Source: Gammaproteobacteria bacterium (GTDB lineage Bacteria > Pseudomonadota > Gammaproteobacteria > Competibacterales > Competibacteraceae). Taken from it: 64,000 nt of DNA. A model generated the notes under the pieces. It was not told where the DNA came from and ran no database searches. It was given only the letters and a program-made list of their open reading frames with translations. The DNA is taken from assembly GCA_024235095.1 (NCBI GenBank), contig JACKNC010000003.1:228904-292903 (forward strand). The letters are read 5' to 3'. Made by a program: the position numbers and the translations under genes. Positions 58,309 through 64,000 of the stretch are shown here, piece by piece; position 1 is the stretch's first letter, and each line of letters starts with the position of its first letter.

Positions 58309-58332
58309 TTCTGATAAAATGGGTTATCAGAA
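58309..58332. promoter_or_regulatory. Perfect 9-bp inverted repeat TTCTGATAA-N6-TTATCAGAA just upstream of the integrase
   Basis: Read directly from the sequence. The position is consistent with an operator; function is untested. Confidence 0.25.
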
Positions 58333-58525
58333 CTCTTGAACAGGGTAAAAAAGACCCCGAAAGTTGTCAAGGAAATTGGTGAGCTACCAGTGGAAAACTG
58401 ATTCGTGATACAGCAAGCTGCGGGGAATTGCCCCTCAGAGATTAAATTTATCTACTTATTCTTTTCTGGTTCGGTGCCTTTCCTTAAGCAACCAGAAAAC
58501 ACTTTTTCGTTAAGTTTGTTATTTG

Positions 58526-59248
58526 CTAATCCCAAATCGATTTAAAATTCGATAGTATTTGATGTTTAGCATCATCAATAGAAACACCCCATATATTTGC
58601 TAATATTGGAAGAGTTGATTCTACATCCCATGGCATCAATGGTTGATCACCTATTTTGGCAAATGGGCCGTCTGTCTCAGTCAAAATCTTATTCCTTGGT
58701 ATGAACATCACTAGTTCCTTACCTTTTTTTGTGTTTAACATGGCAGGGCCAATAGAAAATAAACATCCTAACTGTATAGCTTTCTTAAGCTCACTTTTAC
58801 TACCTGTAAACCAGTGTAGTATAGGTATGCCAGGTACACTTTTCAATTCGTCTAACACAACTGCTGCACTATAGCGGGTATGTACACTCATAATTCGCCC
58901 CCCAGAACGACCTACACTCTTGAGAATATGGCGAAACACTTTGAGCTGAACATCCCAGTGATCTACAAATCCTTTTCCATGGTCAAGACCAATCTCTCCC
59001 ACATATTTAGCGCTAGGAAGCAGCGTGTCGAAAAGCTCAAGTTCACTAGAGCGCTGATGAGCGATCTGTGGATGCAAACCTAACGCTGTTCGAATACACT
59101 GACTGCCTTCAGCGAGTTTACATGTCCCGTCCCAAGCCTTTGGTGTCGTTGTCACTGATAGGACATAAATGCCTCTTGATTTACATTCATCGGCTACCTT
59201 GAATGGATCTGGATACAGATCGAGATGGCAATGCATATCGATGCTCAT
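58526..59248 (-). CDS. qatD: QatD, TatD-family metal-dependent hydrolase/DNase
   Basis: 'DMHCHLD', 'GEIGLD', 'SVHTR', 'LHWF' and 'TETDGPF' are TatD motifs. It is the last gene of a KAP/QatB/QueC-like/TatD cluster. Confidence 0.8.
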   Translation of the reverse strand: MSIDMHCHLDLYPDPFKVADECKSRGIYVLSVTTTPKAWDGTCKLAEGSQCIRTALGLHPQIAHQRSSELELFDTLLPSAKYVGEIGLDHGKGFVDHWDVQLKVFRHILKSVGRSGGRIMSVHTRYSAAVVLDELKSVPGIPILHWFTGSKSELKKAIQLGCLFSIGPAMLNTKKGKELVMFIPRNKILTETDGPFAKIGDQPLMPWDVESTLPILANIWGVSIDDAKHQILSNFKSIWD

Positions 59249-60573
59249 AGTACCCCCTCATCCTTAAGAAAAGCCTCCACTTCCTCCAATCCTTGTGAAA
59301 AGACCGTTTGAAAATTCCCAAATTGATTTGGAGGCAGATTACCACTATCCAAAATCCAGGAGCCAAGCTTCCGGGTTCTTTTTTGCATTACAGCAATGGA
59401 TAGCGCCAGGAGGTCATCCCTGCGGTCGATTTCATTAAGAACGTCAGGCAACTTATTAAAAGTATAGTCTATTCCTTCGACAAGCCCTCCTACATGGAGG
59501 GCAGCTCGACGAATAATACAAGGTACGCATACTCCACACTGTTGATTTGATCGCTTCCAATGGCTGCACGACACAGTACTACCAATAATACCTGTCAACG
59601 ACTGTTTATTTAGGCATTCTGCTGCCATTTGACCTTTGGTTTTGAACTGGTAGGGGTTAATGATGTTGCAAGGAATACCTATTGCATCAAAGAGCTTTTG
59701 GATGCTGTCAATGAAATATGGGTGAGTGGTACGGGTACTAAGTGTCCCGATCCGTCTAGGTGTTAATGGCGCATTCAACGATATAAACCCGTTCTCTGGA
59801 ACAAACAAGTCAACTCGCTCTTGCTTCGAGACTGTTTGCACTGCACTTGCACCAATCGCAGCAAACGCAAGAAAGTTGAGGCTACGTGTCCGCATAGTGA
59901 TATCAGTCTCACCGATGCATAGATGCGGATCTGCATTGACCTCAAATCGTGAGTATCGTCCCTGGAGTGCTTTGGCTATCTGATCTTGGTGGGATTTGTC
60001 GCCCTTATAAGCATGGCTCACCAGTAAAGGGGTTTTGCCTTGAGCCAATAAATCAATTGCCCCAATAGCTGAATCTAATCCTCCAGAGAACAGGCATACA
60101 CAATTGAGTCCTTTTAACTGAACTAGATGAAAGTGATTACGCTGACGATATGGTAATGGGGGGGAGTAACCACCTTCCTGAAAATCAAAATTCCAGATAT
60201 CGCCACTGAGAAAATGTAGAGCTCTCTCCAAGTTTTTCTTCAATGGTTTCCAGCGGTCTGGTTCATGGAGTGGCACTTGAAGAAAAAACTGCCGGGTCCA
60301 GCCATCCGCAGTGTCCGCTCGACAAACAAAGGTATCTGCGGCAGTCACGGCAAGCGCTATAGTTAAAAAATCCATAACCTGACCTGGAATGCACACTCCC
60401 AGTCGCTTTATCTTGTCGATAACTGGGTGTCCGATGATAGATATGTCCCCGCGACTTTGGCCACTTAATTCATAAAGCTGCACTGGGAGCAGATCATTGC
60501 TAGCCGCAGGCAGCATCTGGTGATTGTGATGAAAAACTAATAGCGTCACTAATAAGCCTCCCACTCCTTCCAA
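59245..60573 (-). CDS. qatC: QatC, QueC-like PP-loop ATPase
   Basis: 'CLFSGGLDSAIG' (SGGxDS PP-loop) and the C-terminal Cys cluster 'CSHWKRSNQQCGVCVPCIIRR'. The start is uncertain, with an alternative ATG at 60516. Confidence 0.8.
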   Translation of the reverse strand: MEGVGGLLVTLLVFHHNHQMLPAASNDLLPVQLYELSGQSRGDISIIGHPVIDKIKRLGVCIPGQVMDFLTIALAVTAADTFVCRADTADGWTRQFFLQVPLHEPDRWKPLKKNLERALHFLSGDIWNFDFQEGGYSPPLPYRQRNHFHLVQLKGLNCVCLFSGGLDSAIGAIDLLAQGKTPLLVSHAYKGDKSHQDQIAKALQGRYSRFEVNADPHLCIGETDITMRTRSLNFLAFAAIGASAVQTVSKQERVDLFVPENGFISLNAPLTPRRIGTLSTRTTHPYFIDSIQKLFDAIGIPCNIINPYQFKTKGQMAAECLNKQSLTGIIGSTVSCSHWKRSNQQCGVCVPCIIRRAALHVGGLVEGIDYTFNKLPDVLNEIDRRDDLLALSIAVMQKRTRKLGSWILDSGNLPPNQFGNFQTVFSQGLEEVEAFLKDEGVL

Positions 60574-61298
60574 GCATCAATAATAGCCTGGCGCTCGATC
60601 TGAGCCATTTGTTGTTGGGTGAATGTACGAACATTACTAGTGAGTTTGGAAGCCATATGCCTGTCGACAACTACCTTGATCAATTCCCGTAAGTCCGTTT
60701 CGGCGCGTATCGCCATCACCGGGGTATCTGCCTTATTCCAAGCCTTGTTTGAGTCCAATACCATCTGAAGGAAAATGCTCTCCGCCAAATACCCAATCAT
60801 GGTATTGATGATAATATCGTCTGTGATACACTCTGGATCAAAGATGATTACGCCATCCAGTGCTTCCACTAGAGCATGGTTCATCGCTACACGGATCTTC
60901 TCTGAATCCCCGTCTTCAGTGGTAAGTGCTTGGGTAATAGCTGATATTGCCAGTTCGCATGGAAGTCCGGTCAGACTGCTAATATCTACACCAATCCTGC
61001 CTGGACCAGCTTGCGCACCTGCTAATGCGCCAAAGAGCCCTGCTCCAGCCTGGATAACACTGCCCATGCGCCGAGCTGCACTGCTACTTCCGCCACTGGC
61101 TCCGCGAGCATAGTGGCCAACAGCACTCTTCAGATCGCTCTGATCGCCACCAGATACGAAACGCCCCAATGACTGGCGGAAACTTTTGAATCTAGCTGGT
61201 TGAGGCGTGGCTTGCGGTTGCTGTGGTTGGTTGTCCGCCCATGGTGGTATTAGTGGTGAACCGCCACCCGGACCAGTGCTTGATTGCGATGTTCCCAT
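60549..61298 (-). CDS. qatB: QatB (uncharacterised Qat component)
   Basis: 249 aa with a Gly/Pro/Gln-rich N-terminus followed by a helical domain. It sits between the KAP NTPase and the QueC-like gene, with overlapping stop/start codons. Confidence 0.6.
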   Translation of the reverse strand: MGTSQSSTGPGGGSPLIPPWADNQPQQPQATPQPARFKSFRQSLGRFVSGGDQSDLKSAVGHYARGASGGSSSAARRMGSVIQAGAGLFGALAGAQAGPGRIGVDISSLTGLPCELAISAITQALTTEDGDSEKIRVAMNHALVEALDGVIIFDPECITDDIIINTMIGYLAESIFLQMVLDSNKAWNKADTPVMAIRAETDLRELIKVVVDRHMASKLTSNVRTFTQQQMAQIERQAIIDAWKEWEAY

Positions 61299-63082
61299 TA
61301 AGCGCCCTTATACCATTGCTCTTCTTTTAGCGCCGCCCTCATCCAAGGTATGGGTTTATCGCGAAAATCTTGCAGAAATCGAATCAGAATCTTGGCAGCA
61401 TTGGATGAATGGCGGGCCAGCCGAAGAGCACCTGCAAATCCTTTAGGTTGCCGAGACCAGTCGGATACTTGCCTCAAATGGCTGATGACCCCCTCCATAA
61501 CCGGAATCTGCTCTTCCAGTGGCAGGTTGTTCAGGTGATTCTCAGCCGTAGGCGAGGTAATACTCTTCATCTCCACTAATACGTTTAGTACTTCTCGACC
61601 AACCGGTGACAAACCCACTACGTAGGTACCAATCGGCATGGTTTCTCGGGACAAGTAAATTGCAGCCCGAAGGTCAACTCCACTTAGCTTAGGTTCGAGC
61701 CTGGTCCACTCAATAATGAAGGATTTTGTGGTCGGGTTATTCGTCCACGCCTCGGGGGCATTATCGGGTATCTTGCCATCCCCTTCTTCCATCTGCTTGA
61801 GCAGCAAGGGCTTTCCCTGTTCGGCATCCACTAGCCGATAGAAATCTGCTGTTGCCTGCGCTCCCACGCATCGTTCAAATATTACTAATTTGGTAATAAT
61901 GGCTTCATCCAGGGGCATTGAGCGGCGCTGTGCAATCTGTGCGCGCATTTTGATAACATTCAACAGCCGTTTCACGATCCGTGGGTTCCCGTGGATAATC
62001 GGGGAATTAGCCAGCACTGGTGCAATACGGTCCGCGCGCTCAAATGCACTGGCTAGGTCGCTATCCTCTGATTCCCCAGTCAGTGCGAGTGCATCTTGTC
62101 GGGATATGGGATCATCCTTCCATGATTGTTGCAGGGCATTTTCAAGACCTTCCCGGAGAAGTACGCACTTTTCCTTAGACAAGCCAAGATCGACGGCATA
62201 CAGCATAAACAGGTAAGAACGGACTTCCCGAACACCGGCTTTTGGTACTCTAATAGGGACCTGAATCAGCTTATCCAAGTAATCGATCCTGTGACGGTCC
62301 GAGGCTCCCTTGAAATAGTCGGCTACAGAAGAACGAATCATCTCTTCGTCTGCTGCAATAATAAACGCAGTATTGTTTAGGAACAGGAACAGCCGAATAG
62401 CTTCGAGGGTATGGATGGCATTCGTCGGCAGACAGCGATCAAGGTTGTCGATGACTACTACTAGGGGCCTTTTGAGCTCTTTTAGGATTTCCCCGTACTC
62501 TTTACGGAATGCATCAATTTGCTGAGGCGGACTCTTTTTCGCTTCAGACTTCAGCAAACCGCTAACCTGATCTTTGACCTCTTTAGCTGTTTCACCCAGG
62601 TTTGCATACTCCTCCTGATCTTGGATGCCATCAGCAGCACTCCCCAAAGCACCTACACTGCGTGCAATGAGCCCACCTGTAGGTATGCCGGCCCACATAG
62701 CTGCACCCTCAGCTAAAAAGCCTAGGAGCCTAATACCGCTGACTTGGGAGCAAAGCTTCTTGATCTTTTCGGCTAGACTTGCGTTCCCATCCGTAGCTTT
62801 TGTCAATTCAGTCGCGATCACATCTAGGAGGGCTGCCCGTGCATCGTCGTACCCCTGATACAGCCAGGCATCAAACTCAATAACTATCCAATTCTTCTCA
62901 TCTTTTTTGAGATCCTGCTCGATCAACCTCAAAAGAGAGGATTTGCCAGCACCCCAGTTGCCGAACACGCCAATGGAGACCGGTAACATCCCATCTACAG
63001 CAAGTATGTCGACTGCCAGTTGTGAAACTTCCCCAAAATTAAGGTAATCCTCTTTAGATTCCGTATCCGACCACATTCTCAA
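61298..63082 (-). CDS. qatA: QatA, KAP-family P-loop NTPase
   Basis: 'GVFGNWGAGKSSLL' (Walker A) and 'LVVVIDNLDRC' (KAP-type Walker B). Confidence 0.8.
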   Translation of the reverse strand: MRMWSDTESKEDYLNFGEVSQLAVDILAVDGMLPVSIGVFGNWGAGKSSLLRLIEQDLKKDEKNWIVIEFDAWLYQGYDDARAALLDVIATELTKATDGNASLAEKIKKLCSQVSGIRLLGFLAEGAAMWAGIPTGGLIARSVGALGSAADGIQDQEEYANLGETAKEVKDQVSGLLKSEAKKSPPQQIDAFRKEYGEILKELKRPLVVVIDNLDRCLPTNAIHTLEAIRLFLFLNNTAFIIAADEEMIRSSVADYFKGASDRHRIDYLDKLIQVPIRVPKAGVREVRSYLFMLYAVDLGLSKEKCVLLREGLENALQQSWKDDPISRQDALALTGESEDSDLASAFERADRIAPVLANSPIIHGNPRIVKRLLNVIKMRAQIAQRRSMPLDEAIITKLVIFERCVGAQATADFYRLVDAEQGKPLLLKQMEEGDGKIPDNAPEAWTNNPTTKSFIIEWTRLEPKLSGVDLRAAIYLSRETMPIGTYVVGLSPVGREVLNVLVEMKSITSPTAENHLNNLPLEEQIPVMEGVISHLRQVSDWSRQPKGFAGALRLARHSSNAAKILIRFLQDFRDKPIPWMRAALKEEQWYKGA

Positions 63083-63115
63083 TTCCTTCTACTGCATCAA
63101 TTGCCAATAGCAACC

Positions 63116-63138
63116 ATCCACCGGCAGAGCCGGTGGAT
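63116..63138. other. Perfect 9-bp stem-loop ATCCACCGG-CAGAG-CCGGTGGAT in the qatA leader
   Basis: Read directly. It lies between a small upstream ORF and the qatA start. There is no U-tract on the - strand. Confidence 0.3.
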
Positions 63139-63187
63139 TTCTCATTCTTGAATCAATCATTAACTGCTTGCTTTTATCCTTACTTGT

Positions 63188-63334
63188 TTACTTCTTTCCC
63201 CGCCCTGGCCGCTGCGTCAAGGCTGATCCAGCAGCGCTTTTGGCATCCTTACTTGCCTTCGGGTCCCGTAGTACCTTAGCTGCTGCGGAAGCGGCCTTCT
63301 TGCTCGTTACTTCGTTATTGGCTTTCTTTGCCAT
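63188..63334 (-). CDS. Small Lys/Ala-rich protein (48 aa), not in the ORF track
   Basis: My own translation: MAKKANNEVTSKKAASAAAKVLRDPKASKDAKSAAGSALTQRPGRGKK. GGTGG lies 6 nt upstream of the ATG. Confidence 0.3.
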   Translation of the reverse strand: MAKKANNEVTSKKAASAAAKVLRDPKASKDAKSAAGSALTQRPGRGKK

Positions 63335-63444
63335 AAGAACCACCATATATATTTGAAATTAATGAAAATATTTAGAATATTACTATTCTCACAATCTTAT
63401 TCTATAGTTTTATAATCCAACATACAAGTATTATTTTGCCATTT

Positions 63445-63473
63445 TTGTTCGAAAATGCTAAAATTTATATAAT
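63445..63473 (+). promoter_or_regulatory. Sigma70-like promoter TTGTTC-N17-TATAAT upstream of the XRE-family gene
   Basis: Hexamers at 63445-63450 and 63468-63473, in an AT-rich divergent intergenic region. Confidence 0.4.
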
Positions 63474-63530
63474 AAGGAAAACTTCAGGGAGCGAACTCTT
63501 CGCCACCCTTACCCACGGGAGAGCAAAACT

Positions 63531-64000
63531 ATGTCCTTCGACCCACACACCCTCGGAAGGAGGCTGCGCGAAGCAAGGGAAAACTGTGGCTTGAGTCAAC
63601 AAGTTGTGGCTGATGCTATCGATATACCGCGAACGGCGGTTACGCAACTTGAGGCTGGCAACCGTGCTGTCTCAACCTTGGAACTGGCCCAGCTTGCCCA
63701 GTTGTATAAGCGGCCTGTCGCTGATTTCTTTGGCGAACAGCCTCTTGATGAAAACGATCTACTGGTCGCGTTGCATCGTCTAGCTCCTGGCCTCGATTCC
63801 CATTCGGATATCAAAGAACAGGTGGAGCGCTGCTTAAGCCTCTGTCGGGAAGGTTGCTCGCTGGAACGGTTATTAGGCCGATCCTCGCGAAGTGGCCCAC
63901 CCGCCTATACCCTCTCAGCGCCGCGAACCGCTGGTGAGGCCGTTCGCCAAGGCGAACAAGTTGCTTTCCAAGAGCGCAAGCGGCTTGGCTTGGGATATAC
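63531..64000 (+). CDS. XRE-family HTH protein continuing into an ImmA/IrrE-like (COG2856-type) region; 3'-partial at the window end
   Basis: My own translation: 'MSFDPHTLGRRLREARENCGLSQQVVADAIDIPRTAVTQLEAGNRAVSTLELAQLAQLYKRPVADFF...'. The frame is open to position 64000 and is not in the ORF track because it has no stop. Confidence 0.7.
   Translation, partial: MSFDPHTLGRRLREARENCGLSQQVVADAIDIPRTAVTQLEAGNRAVSTLELAQLAQLYKRPVADFFGEQPLDENDLLVALHRLAPGLDSHSDIKEQVERCLSLCREGCSLERLLGRSSRSGPPAYTLSAPRTAGEAVRQGEQVAFQERKRLGLGY

Noticed and set aside
1-64000. Looked for rRNA, tRNA and CRISPR arrays across the window
   Set aside because: I recognised no regularly spaced short repeats with unique spacers and no rRNA- or tRNA-like segments. 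All regular repeats I found are explained by IS ends, MITEs or the iteron-like sets reported above.

Overview
This 64-kb accessory segment is probably plasmid-borne or part of a genomic island, and it has two distinct parts.

Positions 1-37.2 kb are an insertion-sequence graveyard:
- One 807-bp IS6-family element is present as four intact and at least four broken copies.
- A 1247-bp IS630-family element that needs a -1 frameshift is present three times, with identical translated ORFs.
- There are also IS110, two kinds of IS1, IS1595, IS4/IS701-like, IS982-like, IS200/IS605 and Tn3-family pieces, plus a 315-bp MITE present twice.
- ISs are nested up to three deep and have broken resident genes (dctM, a proQ/finO-like gene, glpD, glpF).
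- A few cargo genes survive: a DUF302 protein, a metallophosphoesterase, a molybdopterin oxidoreductase, BrnT/BrnA, a PIN/antitoxin pair and a membrane-anchored AAA ATPase.

Positions 37.2-64 kb carry plasmid-maintenance and defence genes, in this order:
- An AEP-type Rep with adjacent iteron-like repeats, then MOSC, DEDDh exonuclease and Fic genes.
- A tightly packed six-gene operon: an SNF2 helicase-DUF3883, an AlbA_2/Schlafen-like protein, a DUF1156 methylase, a DUF499 ATPase, and an appended AT-rich pair (a SAM-MTase-fold protein and an Abi/UG-type reverse transcriptase).
- A DUF3991-Toprim primase, a Doc/AbrB toxin-antitoxin pair and a tyrosine recombinase.
- A complete QatABCD system and an XRE/ImmA-like regulator that runs off the window.

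I saw no rRNA, tRNA or CRISPR array. My best candidate for an undescribed system is the 41.5-55.4 kb operon, especially the RT/MTase-like pair welded onto it. All family calls come from motif recognition by eye; no searches were run.
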